A DNA stretch of 64,000 bases from Escherichia coli (GCF_050320075.1 NZ_CP190018.1), one strand, 5' to 3'; positions 34,712 to 47,572 are shown, counted from the stretch's first letter. Program-made: numbers and translations. The notes: generated by a model from the letters alone, not told the origin.

Positions 34712-37700
34712 CTATCCCCAATCCAGCCCTTGTGGCGAACTTGAAAATCCCGCCTCACGCAGCAGCGTAAACATCGGCGTTTGCCGGACCGGTAGATCAT
34801 TCACTTCTGTTAGCGTAAAGCGCAGCCGTGGTTCGCGACGCAGTGCGGTGGTCAGCGCCTGGAAAATCTCTGGGGCGAGTAATTCATCTTTTTCCTGCCA
34901 GACCAGCATTTTTTTGCCGCCTTGCGCCAGATAGAGTAACAATTTGCCGCCAGAAACGACCACCAGCGCACCCGCCCGACGCGTTGGAACCAGCGTTGCC
35001 GGATGTGCAGGCCAGGGCAGAAGATTTCCCCACACATTAGCCGGATCGTTGGCGGAGAGCGCCACTGGTGTATAGTGGCGCGTTTGCGTGGCTTGTGTCG
35101 CCAGATCGCGCAATCGGTCAATAGTCAGACGTTCAGCGAATTGCGCACCCCCCAGACCTTCTACAAAACGACCTCGCATAATTCGCCCGGAGTCTTCCAT
35201 ACTTCGACAAAGCGTTTGCATCGATGGAAACCCGCCAGGGATATTTTCGGCTATCACCGCCTGACGACTGATGATGCCGTAGCGGTCGAGCATATTTTCC
35301 GCCAGCGCCAGCATCCTTTCGGTATCGTTTAGTGGCTCCACCTGCAATAACGACCAGCGTCCAGCAAGATTTGGTGTGTTGTAAGATACCCGTGGCGAGA
35401 CGGGTTGTGCATAGACAGGACGCCCACGACGAGCCCGGTGACTGCGGCGAGTCGAGGTGCGTGCGTTGGAACTGCTGCGGGTGAGGGCGCGTAACGGTGC
35501 CCAAATGTCGCTGGTGATGACGCCTTGCCAGACCAGCGCCCATAACGCCTCTTGCATGGCTGAGGGATCAACCGATTCGCCGATTTTATCGCGTATCCGT
35601 TGGCTGATTTGTTGTGCAAACCAGGCTCCTCCGTCAGCCAGAACAGCGATTATCGCTTGCTGCAGCGCCGAACGATTCGCCTGATCTGCTTCGGCGGGAG
35701 TGAACGATTCTGCGGCATATTCCTGTAGATGCAGTGCCACCAGACCGTCATCTTCACCCAGCTTTTTTTGCCCCGACCAGATAACCGCACCGGTTGCCAG
35801 TAATTCATCGAGCATTTCTGGCGAATAGTCGCGTACGCGGGCAGGCAGGATCTGGCTTTCCCAGAGTGAGGCGGGTAAACCAACGCCAGCAAGCTGTTCG
35901 ATCACCCGCATCACGCCATCCACGCCCTCATAAACGCCTGGCGATGTTGAGGCAAAGAGTGCCGGGCTACCATCGGTGGCGGGTAATACGCCCTGACGTT
36001 CCAGCAGCAATCGCGCATAGGTCGTGGCCGCAACGGGACGTGTCGCTTCTCTGGCGGCTTGCAGCGAGCGCAAACGCAGACGACGAAATACTTCATCGCT
36101 CACCCAGATGTCTTGTTGCAGATTCATCACCAGCCCCTGTTCGCGCAGTTGCTGAAGTTGCTCTTCGACAATGGCAATACCGAGACTAAACTCATGAGCC
36201 AGTTGTTCAGACGTGACCAGAGCATGAGCCCGGAGATAGCGCAGAAAGAGGTCGCGAAGCGGGTAACTGACTCGGTGCAAATAAATCTCTGGCAGTGACT
36301 CTGGTAGTCGTACGCCGAGAGCATCGCGCAGCCTGGCGGCATCATCCATACAGGCAAGACGCTCCTGCCCGCTAATCATGGTCGGGAAGATTCGTTTTAC
36401 TGCAAGAAGATTTTCCAGATACGACGCAATCTCTTCACTGCTGCCTGTATGTCGTTGCGCCAGGTCTTCAACGGTCATTGGCCCCAGTTCGCGCAGCAGG
36501 TCGAACAATCCTTCTTCACCTTTCGCTCTTCTGCCAGGAGCCAGTCGTTGCAACTCTTCTTCCACCTGGCGAATGACCTGCGGGTCGAGTAATTCCCCCG
36601 GATCGACCTGTCCGAGTAGATTGCGCAGTAACTCGCTGTCCAGCGACAGTACGGATGCCCGGCGCTCTGCCAGCGGGGCGTCGCTCTGGTACATAAATTC
36701 CGCGACATAGCCGAACAATAAACTGGCGGCGAAAGGCGAAGGCGTAGTGGTCGTTACATCGGATATTTGAATTTCGCCACCGTTCAGGCGACGCATCAAA
36801 CGTTCCAGCGCGGGAAGATCATAAACATCTTGCAGACATTCGCGTAGTGTTTCGAGAATGACCGGAAAATCCGGATATCCCTGAGCGATTTCCAGCAACT
36901 GACTGGCGCGCAGCCGTTGTTGCCAGAGCGGGGTGCGATGGCCCGGCGTGCGGCCCGGCATTAATAATGCCCGCGCGGAGCATTCGCGAAAACGGGCGGC
37001 GAAAAGTGCCGAGCTGCCTACCGCCTCGCGGACAATTTGCAGCAACTTTTCTGGTTCAAACAAAAAAATCGCGGCATCAGGCAATTTACCATCGGTGTCA
37101 GGAATGCGCGCAACAATGCCGTCATCACTGGCAACCACAGACGCGTCAGCGCCCCATAGTGCATGTATTCGCCCGGCAATCGCCAGCGCCCAGGGTTCAT
37201 GCACCCGTCTTCCATAGGGAGAGTGCAAAATAATACGCCAGTCACCAATTTCATCACGGCACCGTTCGAGGACCAGATGACGACTACCTGGAACGATGCC
37301 CGTCGCGTTGCGCTGCTCGTCAATCAACCCCTGAATATTGGCGATCGTATTTTCTTCTGCCAACCACGGGGGAATAGTCCCGGAAAAGAACGCGCCATCC
37401 GCCAGTAAATGGAGAAAATCGCCGATCATCTCGCCTAATTCTGCCGGACGTCCGTTACCTTCACCACGCCAGAAGGGAAGGCGGGCAGAACGACCTGGAG
37501 CAGGAGTCACAATCACCTGATCGCGGGTGATTTGCTGGATCCGCCATGAGGTAGCGCCGAGAGTGATAATGTCGTTCACCCGCGACTCATATACCATCTC
37601 CTCATCCAGTTCACCCACCCGCCGCGAACCGGCCTGTTCTTCACCTTCGGGTAATAACACGCTATACATGCCACGATCCGGAATGGTGCCGCCGCTGGTA

Positions 37701-39326
37701 ACCGCCAACAATTGAGCGCCAGGTCGGGCGGTCAATATCCCGGTCTCCCGGTTCCAGACCAGTTTGGGGCGAAAAGCAGAAAAATCGCCAGAGGGATAGC
37801 GCCCGGAAAGCATATCCAGCGTGGCGTCAAAAACACGTCTTGGCAGATCTTTCCACGGTGCGGCACGGCGTACGCGGGAGTACCATTCGTCTACCTGTAA
37901 TGCATCCATCGCCGCGGCGGCAACGGTTTGCTGCGCAAGGACGTCGAGTGGATTATGCGGCGGTGTCAGGTTTTCCAGCCTGCCTGCGAACATACACTCT
38001 ACAATGACTGCGGAATCGACTAAGTCACGCCTGGTTCGGGGGAAAAAAAGCCCTTTGGAGATACCACCTACCTGGTGTCCGGCACGTCCAATGCGTTGTA
38101 ACCCACTGGCAACAGAAAGCGGCGTTGCCACCTGAATCACCAGATCCACCGCGCCCATATCAATCCCCAGTTCGAGACTGGAGGTTGCGACCACGCAGCG
38201 TAATTCACCCGATTTCAGCGCCTGTTCGGTGATTGCTCGTTGTTCTTTAGAGACGGAGCCGTGGTGTGAGCGGGCAATAAAAATGTCGCTATTTTGTACA
38301 CGGTTAGAGGTTGCGCCGGAGGTCGACTCGAAATGGACCGCATCAACGGCGATAGACGGGGAACGCTGTAAGCGTGCGGCGTAAAGCTCATTCAATCGTG
38401 CCGTCAGTTTTTCCGCCAGCCCGCGTGAATTAGTAAAGACAATGGTCGAGCGATGGCGCAAAACTTCATCAAGGATACCCGTTTCAATATATGGCCAGAT
38501 GGAGCCTTCCCGGCCGGCATGGCTGTCTTCGCCGGTGCCGCTGGCGACCGATGAGACATCATCCATATTGGCGACCGGTACGACAATCCGTATCTGCGGA
38601 TGGCGCATTGCGGGCGGGTTGACTACCGTAACCGGGCGATCGCCGCCAAGAAATGCTGCCACATCGCTGGCTGAACGCACAGTGGCAGAAAGGCCAATTC
38701 GCTGTGCTGAGGTGTGGAGCTGCGCATCGAGCCGCTCCAGACTTAACGCCAGATGCGCACCACGTTTACTGCCTGCTACCGCGTGGACTTCATCAATAAT
38801 TACCGTTTCGACGCCGCGTAGCGTTTCGCGCGCGGGAGGTCAGCATCAGATAGAGTGATTCGGGTGTGGTGATCAGAATATCCGGCGGATTACGGGTGAG
38901 TTTGCTGCGTTCCTGTGCAGGCGTATCGCCAGTACGGATCCCCACGCGAAGATTGACTTCCGTTTCGCCGCGCCGCCGCCGTTCATCGGCAATACCCTGT
39001 AACGGGATCTGCAAGTTGCGCTGAACGTCGGTGCCCAGAGCTTTGATCGGTGAAATATAGAGGATGCGTGAGGTTTTACGCTTATGCGCCTCGCGGGTAT
39101 CTTCGCCGCCTTCGCGGAAGAGCTGATCGAGGGCGTAGAGAAATGCTGCCAGCGTTTTCCCGGAGCCAGTCGGTGCAATCACCAGCGCATGTTCGCCTCG
39201 CGCCGCCACATGCCAGGTTTGCGACTGGACAGCGGTCGGCTGTTTAAAGGCGCGAAGAAACCAGTCGCGGGTCGCCGGTGAAAACACGTCCGGCAGGGGC
39301 GATGAAGGGTTTAGATTATCTGCCAT
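34712..39326 (-). pseudogene. lhr: lhr (large ATP-dependent helicase) interrupted by a frameshift: N-terminal 177-codon ORF 38793..39326, remainder open in another frame from about 38839 to 34712
   Basis: Walker A APTGSGKT in the upstream ORF; DEVH motif II and the rest of the helicase in a different frame; junction in CGCGCGCG at 38827-38834. Confidence 0.75.
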
Positions 39327-39418
39327 TAACGCTATTCCCCGTGAATATCATGCATGATGCGTGGAATAGCCTCACTATAGATGCCTGAATCATTGCATGT
39401 CATCAGGCATCGACTCGA

Positions 39419-40066
39419 TTACACCTCTTCGGCGGCAGGTAGCGGCCAGCCTCCCAGACGTTTCCAGCGGTTGACGATTTCACAAAACAGCACAGCAGTG
39501 CGTTCGGTGTCGTACAGCGCGGAGTGCGCCTGGGTGCTGTCGAAGTCCATGCCAGCGGTCTGGCAAGCCTTTGACAATACGGTTTGTCCGAGTGCCAGCC
39601 CGGCAAGTGCAGCAGTGTCAAAAGTGGCGAAAGGGTGGAACGGGTTACGTTTCAGTGAGGCGCGTTCTGCGGCGGCCATCATAAAGCTGTGATCGAAATT
39701 GGCGTTGTGCGCCACCATAATGGCGCGGTTACAGCCGCTCGCTTTAATGCCTTTACGTACAACTTTAAAAATTTCGTGCAGCGCCTCGTATTCGCTGACC
39801 GCGCCGCGATCGGGATCGTTCGGGTCAATGCCGTTGAAGGCGAGGGCCTCTGGCTGCAAATTTGCGCCGACAAATGGTTCGACGTGGAAATGTAATGTGG
39901 TGTCCGGCATCAGCCAGCCTTGTTCATCCATTTTCAGGGTGATGGCGGCAATCTCAAGCAGCGCATCGGTTTTGGCGTTAAATCCGGCTGTTTCAACATC
40001 GATCACAACAGGATAAAAACCACGAAAACGGTCGCACAGACCGGTAAGTTGAGCGTTATCGGACAT
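39419..40066 (-). CDS. rnt: ribonuclease T, 215 aa
   Basis: DEDDh exonuclease motifs (VIDVETAGF...). Confidence 0.95.
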
Positions 40067-40168
40067 CTGATTCTCTTAATACGGATAAATTGCAGCGCGC
40101 ATTATGACAAATATTACTTGTCGATGCAGTAAAGATGCGGGCGCGAGGAGTTCACGCCCGGCAGGAGA

Positions 40169-40576
40169 TTAGTTGCCCAGACCGCGACCGGCGTCTTTCT
40201 CTTCGATTAACTCAATTTTGTAACCGTCCGGATCTTCCACAAACGCGATAACCGTAGTACCGCCTTTTACCGGACCCGCTTCACGGGTGACGTTACCCCC
40301 GTTTTGACGGATTTTTTCGCACGCTTCAGCGGCGTTATCAACGCTAAGCGCGATGTGACCATAAGCAGTGCCGAGTTCGTATTTATCCACGCCCCAGTTG
40401 TAGGTCAGTTCAATCACCGCTTCTTCGGTTTCCGGGCCGTAGCCAACAAACGCCAGTGAGTATTTGTATTCCGGGTTTTCGCTGGTACGCAGCAGTTTCA
40501 TGCCCAGCACTTTGGTATAAAAATCGATGGAGCGTTGCAAATCGCCAACGCGCAGCATGGTATGAAGAAGACGCAT
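40169..40576 (-). CDS. gloA: glyoxalase I (lactoylglutathione lyase), 135 aa
   Basis: [30 protein letters not shown]... Confidence 0.95.
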
Positions 40577-40656
40577 CTTTATATCCTCAAAATGGCTAAC
40601 AGATTCAAAATGTTGTTTTAGTATAGCGGCGGCTTTGCGCCGCTCGCAATGTTGGA

Positions 40657-41754
40657 TTACAGCGTCGGGTAATCCGTGTAGCCTTCCGCACCGCCGCCAT
40701 AGAAACTTTCAGCACGCTGTGGATTAAGCTCAGCTTTGCGCTGCAAGCGGGCGACCAGATCCGGGTTCGCAATCCAGTCACGACCAAATGCCACCGCATC
40801 AATTAACCCTTTGCCAATCAGCGTTTCGGCTTTTTCTACCGTGTATGCACCTGCGCCGATAATCGGACCGTGGAAACGGGCGCGTACTTTTTCGCGGAAC
40901 GCATCAGTATACGGTTCACCTCCCGCCCAATCTGGTTCTGACATATGCAGATAAGCAATGCCGCGTTTACCCAGTTGTTCAATCAGATACAGTGCATCGG
41001 CTTCTTCATTCGGGCCGTTATCCGTGTTCTGGAAAGTACCGATTGGCGAAACGCGAATGCCAATGCGATCGGCCCCCCATTCTTCAATCCCTGCATCGAC
41101 CACTTCCAGCACCAGACGTGCGCGATTTTCCACGCTGCCGCCGTACTGATCGGTACGATGGTTTGAAGAAGGAGAAAGGAACTGATGCAGCAAATAACCA
41201 TGAGCAGAGTGGAGCTCTACCAGATCAAAACCGGCTTCACGCGCGTTAGCAATGGCCTGACGGAAATCATTGACGATACCCGGAATCTCTTCCAGTTCAA
41301 GCGCACGCGGCATGGATGTTTCAACACGGATCGCCTGACCATTTTCATCGCGCAGAGAAGTACGTGTTCCCGCGCTAAGTGCGGAAGGCGCTACCGGTGC
41401 CTGACCGCCAGGTTGCAGGCTGGCGTGAGAAATGCGTCCGGTGTGCCACAGCTGTACGGCCATATGACCATTTTCAGCATGAACGCCAGCGGTAATTTTT
41501 TTCCATGCGGCAATTTGTTCCGGACTATGGATGCCAGGTGCACCAGCATACCCTTTTGCCTGGGCAGAAATTTGCGTGGCTTCGCTAATAATCAAACCGG
41601 CACTGGCACGTTGGCGATAGTATTCCGCCATCAACGGGGTAGGGATGTCACCCGGTTCAATACTGCGCAGACGCGTCAGCGGTGCCATAAAAATACGGTT
41701 TGCCGCCGTGATCGCGCCCACTTTCAGTGGGGAATACAGTTTTTCAGATGACAT
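40657..41754 (-). CDS. nemA: N-ethylmaleimide reductase (Old Yellow Enzyme family, FMN), 365 aa
   Basis: 365-aa OYE-family protein immediately downstream of nemR. Confidence 0.95.
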
Positions 41755-41790
41755 AAAGGCTCCCGGTCGTCTGGTGATAAAAAATGCCTG

Positions 41791-42390
41791 CTAAACGGCA
41801 GGCGTCGCAATAATGGTTTTTACATGTGCCAGCGCGTTTTCCAGTGGCTCGGAATTGCGCGAAATTTTGGCCTGCAGATTCGCACCCAGCCATAGTGCGT
41901 AAAGCACTTGTGCCTGTTGCAGCGGTTCGCCACAAAAGGTTAAACAATGGCTATCACGGCCATTTTCCAGCGCCTGCGAGAGCAGAACGATCACGCCGCG
42001 AGCGCCTTTATCCATCGCGCTACGCATATCTTCTGACAGATCGCACACTTCGGCAGAGAGTTTTACTGTCAGGCAACCACTGATGGTTCCATGTTGGCAA
42101 AACTGGTTCAGTGTTTGCTGGTAATAAGCCAGTATGCGGTCGCGGTAGTTACCTTCGCCGGATTGCAGCAACTCAGTCAGTCGCTGGTGATATGCGGCGT
42201 AATGGCGCTCAAGCATGGCAACGCCAAACGCTTCTTTAGAGCGAAAGTAGTGATAGAAGGACCCTTTCGGCACTTCAGCAGTTTTTAGTAATTCGCTTAG
42301 CCCCATCCCGGTGAATCCACGTTGCAGGCAAAGTTGCTCGCCCGTCGCCAGGAGATGTTCGCGAGTATCATGTTCGGTGTGTTTGTTCAT
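41791..42390 (-). CDS. nemR: TetR-family electrophile-sensing repressor NemR, 199 aa
   Basis: N-terminal TetR HTH; operator palindrome directly upstream. Confidence 0.93.
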   Translation of the reverse strand: MNKHTEHDTREHLLATGEQLCLQRGFTGMGLSELLKTAEVPKGSFYHYFRSKEAFGVAMLERHYAAYHQRLTELLQSGEGNYRDRILAYYQQTLNQFCQHGTISGCLTVKLSAEVCDLSEDMRSAMDKGARGVIVLLSQALENGRDSHCLTFCGEPLQQAQVLYALWLGANLQAKISRNSEPLENALAHVKTIIATPAV

Positions 42391-42404
42391 GCGTTGGAGT
42401 GTAG

Positions 42405-42420
42405 TAGACCAGTCGGTCTA
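42405..42420. promoter_or_regulatory. NemR operator palindrome TAGACC-N4-GGTCTA
   Basis: TAGACCAGTCGGTCTA, perfect 6-bp inverted arms, 15-30 bp upstream of nemR ATG. Confidence 0.8.
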
Positions 42421-42492
42421 GTGCAAGCAAAGTTGCTACTTTGGGCATTAACAGCTTCAATAATGGTAATAATCTTATTTGAGGAGGGCGAA

Positions 42493-42732
42493 GTGGCGGA
42501 GCAATTAGAGTTTTTTCCCGTCCAGAGCCCGTGCCGGGGAATTTGCCAGTCTGACGAACGCGGGTTTTGTCGCGGCTGTTTTCGTAGTCGGGATGAGCGT
42601 TTTAACTGGAATAAAATGAGCGATGGCGAAAAACAAGAGGTGCTGCGCCTTTGTCGGCAGCGATTAATGCGCAAATTACGCGCAAATAAGCCAGCGTCAT
42701 CAGACGAACCGGAGCAACCATCACTCTTTTGA
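42493..42732 (+). CDS. ydhL: DUF1289 Cys-rich small protein YdhL, 79 aa, probable GTG start
   Basis: GTG at 42493 gives MAEQLEFFPVQSPCRGICQSDERGFCRGCFRS...; track ORF is extended upstream. Confidence 0.7.
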   Translation: MAEQLEFFPVQSPCRGICQSDERGFCRGCFRSRDERFNWNKMSDGEKQEVLRLCRQRLMRKLRANKPASSDEPEQPSLF

Positions 42733-42780
42733 GCCTAATCTTGCGTATACTCCTCTCATATCTGATAAGAGGAAGCGATT

Positions 42781-43677
42781 ATGGTTCAGCGTATTACTAT
42801 TGCGCCGCAAGGCCCGGAGTTTTCCCGTTTTGTGATGGGCTACTGGCGATTGATGGACTGGAATATGTCCGCCCGCCAGCTGGTCAGTTTTATTGAAGAG
42901 CATCTGGATCTCGGCGTGACCACCGTGGACCATGCTGATATTTATGGTGGCTATCAGTGCGAAGCGGCGTTTGGCGAGGCACTGAAACTGGCACCTCACC
43001 TGCGTGAACGGATGGAAATCGTCAGTAAATGCGGTATCGCGACGACCGCGCGTGAAGAAAACGTCATTGGTCATTACATCACTGACCGCGATCACATCAT
43101 TAAGAGCGCCGAACAGTCGCTAATTAATCTCGCGACCGATCATCTGGATCTGCTGTTAATCCACCGACCAGACCCGTTAATGGATGCCGATGAAGTGGCG
43201 GACGCGTTTAAACATCTGCATCAGAGCGGCAAAGTGCGTCATTTTGGCGTATCGAACTTTACGCCTGCGCAATTTGCGCTTTTGCAATCACGCCTGCCGT
43301 TTACCCTTGCCACTAATCAGGTGGAAATATCCCCGGTACATCAGCCGTTACTGTTGGATGGCACGCTCGACCAACTGCAACAACTGCGTGTTCGTCCGAT
43401 GGCGTGGTCCTGCCTTGGTGGTGGTCGTCTGTTTAATGATGATTATTTCCAGCCGCTGCGTGATGAACTGGCTGTGGTGGCGGAGGAGTTAAACGCGGGC
43501 TCGATTGAACAGGTGGTTTACGCCTGGGTATTACGTTTACCGTCGCAGCCGCTGCCAATTATCGGCTCAGGTAAAATTGAGCGCGTACGGGCAGCTGTCG
43601 AAGCTGAAACACTGAAAATGACCCGTCAACAATGGTTCCGTATCCGTAAAGCGGCATTGGGTTACGACGTACCGTAA
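42781..43677 (+). CDS. ydhF: aldo-keto reductase-family oxidoreductase YdhF, 298 aa
   Basis: 298-aa ORF with AKR-type fold. Confidence 0.9.
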   Translation: MVQRITIAPQGPEFSRFVMGYWRLMDWNMSARQLVSFIEEHLDLGVTTVDHADIYGGYQCEAAFGEALKLAPHLRERMEIVSKCGIATTAREENVIGHYITDRDHIIKSAEQSLINLATDHLDLLLIHRPDPLMDADEVADAFKHLHQSGKVRHFGVSNFTPAQFALLQSRLPFTLATNQVEISPVHQPLLLDGTLDQLQQLRVRPMAWSCLGGGRLFNDDYFQPLRDELAVVAEELNAGSIEQVVYAWVLRLPSQPLPIIGSGKIERVRAAVEAETLKMTRQQWFRIRKAALGYDVP

Positions 43678-43757
43678 GCACTTTTAGGAATAGCCGCCGT
43701 TCAAAAATGTGTCACTGGTTTACACTTATTCAGGAATGCACAATGAACGGAGGTCCT

Positions 43758-44279
43758 ATGAAACGTTTTAGTCTGGCCATTCTGGCGCTGGTTGTTGCGA
43801 CCGGCGCACAAGCTGCCAGTGAAAAAGTCGAGATGAACCTCGTCACGTCGCAAGGGGTTGGGCAGTCAATTGGTAGCGTCACCATTACTGAAACCGATAA
43901 AGGTCTGGAGTTTTCGCCCGATCTGAAAGCATTACCCCCCGGTGAACATGGCTTCCATATTCATGCCAAAGGAAGCTGCCAGCCAGCCACCAAAGATGGC
44001 AAAGCCAGCGCCGCGGAATCCGCAGGCGGGCATCTTGATCCACAAAATACCGGTAAACATGAAGGGCCAGAAGGTGCCGGGCATTTAGGCGATCTGCCTG
44101 CACTGGTCGTCAATAATGACGGCAAAGCTACCGATGCCGTCATCGCACCTCGTCTGAAATCACTGGATGAAGTCAAAGACAAAGCACTGATGGTCCATGT
44201 TGGCGGCGATAATATGTCCGATCAACCTAAACCGCTGGGCGGTGGCGGTGAACGCTATGCCTGTGGTGTAATTAAGTAA
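43758..44279 (+). CDS. sodC: periplasmic Cu,Zn superoxide dismutase SodC, 173 aa
   Basis: Internal ATG at 43758 (MKRFSLAILALVVATGAQA signal peptide); His-rich metal ligands. Confidence 0.93.
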   Translation: MKRFSLAILALVVATGAQAASEKVEMNLVTSQGVGQSIGSVTITETDKGLEFSPDLKALPPGEHGFHIHAKGSCQPATKDGKASAAESAGGHLDPQNTGKHEGPEGAGHLGDLPALVVNNDGKATDAVIAPRLKSLDEVKDKALMVHVGGDNMSDQPKPLGGGGERYACGVIK

Positions 44280-46292
44280 TTAAGAGGCCAGCGTACCTTG
44301 CGGTGGTGCTTGCTCAAGTTGCGAAAGCGAGCAGTACAGCCGCCAGACAATTGCCGCCAGCTCACGGGCGGCAGGTTGATGATGGCGGGCAAGGCTGTCG
44401 CAAATCCGCTGTAATTCTTCAAGTGTGGCCGCCAGTGATTTTTGCTGAACGCCACGCTCACTCATCACTCCGCGCAACAGTGAAATACAGTTATCCCGTA
44501 CTCGTGATAACGGATCGGAACGCGATTCCCAGTCGCGTAATTGCCAGACAACATGAGAACAGTTCAGCAGCACTACACCCCAGCGTAATAACCAACGGCG
44601 AGCCAGCGCATCCTGGCTGTTACTCAACTGACTGACGTGATGATAAGTGAGCGATTCAAATTCGCTTTCACTCAGTGTTGGATGGCGGCTTAGCTGATCG
44701 ACAAAATCCCGGCGCAGCGCGCGAATATGACGACGGCTTTTACGAGCACCCGACCCTGGACGCAAAATGGCGAACGCTAACCACGCCAGCGCAACGCCAA
44801 CGATTTTTGCCAGATTATCGTTAAGAAAATCAGCAAAATCATACACCGGGGGATTAGTGACAGCGATAAACGAACCCATAAAAACAATCAGTTGCCCCCA
44901 CAGTGCGGCAAATTTGGGCATCTGCAATTTAAGAAGCTGCATTGTCGCCAGCAGTGGAAAGAGAAACAGTAAAAATTGCCACAGATCGCTAATCTGGACC
45001 ATCAGGCCAAATTTGACCACAAAGCTGAATAGCGAAAGTAACACCAGAGTGCGCATCAGTAGTGACAACGACTTAAACGGTGCTGCGACGGCGGAGTAGA
45101 GTACGCAGCTAATTGCTGCCAGCGTTAATGCATTGGCACCGGCATCCCATTGCGAAGCAATACTCCATGCGCCAATCATCATCAACGTACAAAATGTACG
45201 CAGTCCGCTCCACATAGCTTCGGCGTTATCGGTATGACGAGCCAGGCCGGATGTCCGTGGGAGTCTGGTATGATCATCCACACCGCTTTGCAGACGATGT
45301 AATTCCTGACTACTTTGCAGATAAAGGCGGCAAAAATAACGTAGTCGCTGCCAGAAGGCGACGTGCCGGTAGTCGGCGACGTTGGTCGGGCGTAGCGGGG
45401 CGATAATACGTGCGACGGTGTAAACATCTGTTTGCGAACTGGCGAGCGCCGTCAGCAGCTGTTCGAGAATTTCTCGTGTGGCACATGGCGGTGAGGGCCA
45501 GTTGAGCAACATACGTCGCAGGCTGGAGATGACACTGGTCATACGTAATTGCTGGTGGAGCAGCGCATTAAGGCGTGCGTTTTGCTGGCGAAAACGATAG
45601 TGGCTCCAGAAAGCCTGGATACGGAGCAAATTCATGGTCAGTATCTGTCCAATCACCCCCTCATGTGCTGCACGAATGGCATCGGTTGTTTCAGGCTGCC
45701 AGAGTAAACTGGCATGTTCCAGTAATCGGGCGTGCATGTTTTTCAATGCGGTTAAAAGGGCAGTAGCATCGGAACTGCTCGGCAGGATCATCATCATCAT
45801 GCCGCCGCACAAAATACCGACAATCACCTCGCAAACGCGCGCCTGAGCGATATCCCACAGCTGGCTGGCCTCAGTAATATTAACCATCGGAAAGGCGATG
45901 ATGGCAGCCGTGTAGCCCGCCAGTTGAAATGCATACGCGACATTATTCGTGAAGTGCGCACAGGCCCAGGTACAAAAGCCAAGCCACGCCGCCATGCTCA
46001 AAAGAAAAAACCACGGCTCATTGAGCGTATGTCCGGCAAGAAGCAGTGCCGCAATGGCTCCGAGCAAACTGCCAGCGATGCGTCCGAGGCTTTTGCTGAT
46101 GACACCGCCAACGGTGGGAAAGCTAACCACGGCAGCCGAGGTCATCGCCCAATAGGGTTCATCCAGATTTAAATAATAGGCAACCGTCAGCGCCAGACAC
46201 ATGGCAATGGTATTGCGTAACGCATAACGCCATTGCGCCAGCGTGGCCCTGAACCAGGGCAAATTGCGCAAGGACCATGACGATGCGTTCAT
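44280..46292 (-). CDS. ydhK: FUSC-family inner membrane protein YdhK, 670 aa
   Basis: 670-aa polytopic membrane protein; 1-nt overlap with ydhJ. Confidence 0.9.
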   Translation of the reverse strand: MNASSWSLRNLPWFRATLAQWRYALRNTIAMCLALTVAYYLNLDEPYWAMTSAAVVSFPTVGGVISKSLGRIAGSLLGAIAALLLAGHTLNEPWFFLLSMAAWLGFCTWACAHFTNNVAYAFQLAGYTAAIIAFPMVNITEASQLWDIAQARVCEVIVGILCGGMMMMILPSSSDATALLTALKNMHARLLEHASLLWQPETTDAIRAAHEGVIGQILTMNLLRIQAFWSHYRFRQQNARLNALLHQQLRMTSVISSLRRMLLNWPSPPCATREILEQLLTALASSQTDVYTVARIIAPLRPTNVADYRHVAFWQRLRYFCRLYLQSSQELHRLQSGVDDHTRLPRTSGLARHTDNAEAMWSGLRTFCTLMMIGAWSIASQWDAGANALTLAAISCVLYSAVAAPFKSLSLLMRTLVLLSLFSFVVKFGLMVQISDLWQFLLFLFPLLATMQLLKLQMPKFAALWGQLIVFMGSFIAVTNPPVYDFADFLNDNLAKIVGVALAWLAFAILRPGSGARKSRRHIRALRRDFVDQLSRHPTLSESEFESLTYHHVSQLSNSQDALARRWLLRWGVVLLNCSHVVWQLRDWESRSDPLSRVRDNCISLLRGVMSERGVQQKSLAATLEELQRICDSLARHHQPAARELAAIVWRLYCSLSQLEQAPPQGTLAS

Positions 46293-47149
46293 TATTGACC
46301 TACGGCAATGCTACAGGTGGTGCCCGACACCAGCGTGACATCGCCTGGGACTTTATCCAGCGCAAAGCGGACGGGAACGCGTTGGGCAAGTCGAACCCAG
46401 GGGACGTTAGGTTTCACATCCGGAATAAGGCTTGAGTCACTTTCAACGCTCTGATCATAAATCGCCCGACCGATACTGGAAACGTGACCCTGTAACGTTT
46501 TGTTATCACTATAGAGGGTAATTTGTGCTGGTGCACCTTCGCGGATATGGCGCAACTTGGTTTCTTCAAAATAACCAATGACGTAAAACGAGTGGCTGTC
46601 GACAAGGGCAAACAGCGGTTTCCCGGTGTCAGCGTAATCGCCGATGCGGGTAGTGAGGTTAGTCACCCATCCACTCACCGGGGCGCGAATTTCCGTTTGC
46701 GCCAGTTGCCATTGTGCCTGTTTCAGCGTCGCCTGTGCGGCATCAACACTGGCCTGCATCGCTTTAACATTGAGGTTAGCGGTATCGAGTTCTTCGGCAG
46801 AAATAAAATTTTGTGAGAGATGACGACGACGATTCGCTTCGTTATTGGCTTTTGCGAGGTCAGATTGCGCTTTCGCCAGCTGAGCCTGTGCGTTCAGCTC
46901 AGCGATCTGAAAGGGCGTTTTATCGATCGTGAGCAGAAGATCCCCCGCGTTAACCAGTTGGTTGTCTTTTATATTCAGCTCAACAATACGTCCCGACACC
47001 TGAGGGGTGATAGAAACCTGTTCAGCGCGTATTTTCCCGTCGCGTGTCCACGGAGATTGCATGTAATAATTCCACAGCCACCATCCGGCAAGAACCGCAA
47101 CTACCGCTACAATGATTGTTGAGAAATACTTAATTGTTTTAATTGACAT
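46292..47149 (-). CDS. ydhJ: HlyD-family membrane fusion protein YdhJ, 285 aa
   Basis: Internal ATG at 47149 ([25 protein letters not shown]...); coiled-coil and biotinyl-lipoyl-like region. Confidence 0.88.
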   Translation of the reverse strand: MSIKTIKYFSTIIVAVVAVLAGWWLWNYYMQSPWTRDGKIRAEQVSITPQVSGRIVELNIKDNQLVNAGDLLLTIDKTPFQIAELNAQAQLAKAQSDLAKANNEANRRRHLSQNFISAEELDTANLNVKAMQASVDAAQATLKQAQWQLAQTEIRAPVSGWVTNLTTRIGDYADTGKPLFALVDSHSFYVIGYFEETKLRHIREGAPAQITLYSDNKTLQGHVSSIGRAIYDQSVESDSSLIPDVKPNVPWVRLAQRVPVRFALDKVPGDVTLVSGTTCSIAVGQ

Positions 47150-47151
47150 AG

Positions 47152-47388
47152 TTACCACGCAATCAGTATTGCCAGGGCAAGGCAAACGCAAATCGCAAAC
47201 AGCGATAAATCCATTAACAAGGGATGCCAGATGTCACCGGCGTAGATCCAGCCACGAAGCAGGCGGTGTACGACAAGCCAGATGACGAATCCAAACGCGA
47301 AGGCTTTGAAAAACGGAGGAAAGTAGACGGACGCACCGAACACCAGATCTTGTAAGGGCAATCCTGTTGCATTGAGCATAAACTTCAC
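47152..47388 (-). CDS. ydhI: DUF1656 small membrane protein YdhI, 78 aa
   Basis: 78-aa two-TM protein upstream of ydhJK. Confidence 0.88.
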
Positions 47389-47560
47389 AAAGTAGATTCC
47401 TTTACGACCGAATATATTGCGTTAGATTAATAAATATTCTTTAAGTGCGAAAAATTTACGCGCAATTTCTGAAAAATATGTCTGACGGTAACCAAATGCA
47501 GCAATACATTTGTTTTAGCAATACAATTGCTGCACACTATTCTAAAAGCCGCATAATATC

Positions 47561-47572
47561 TTAGCAAGCTAA
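47561..47572. promoter_or_regulatory. SlyA binding palindrome TTAGCAAGCTAA
   Basis: Exact 12-bp palindrome about 10 bp upstream of the slyA start. Confidence 0.75.
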
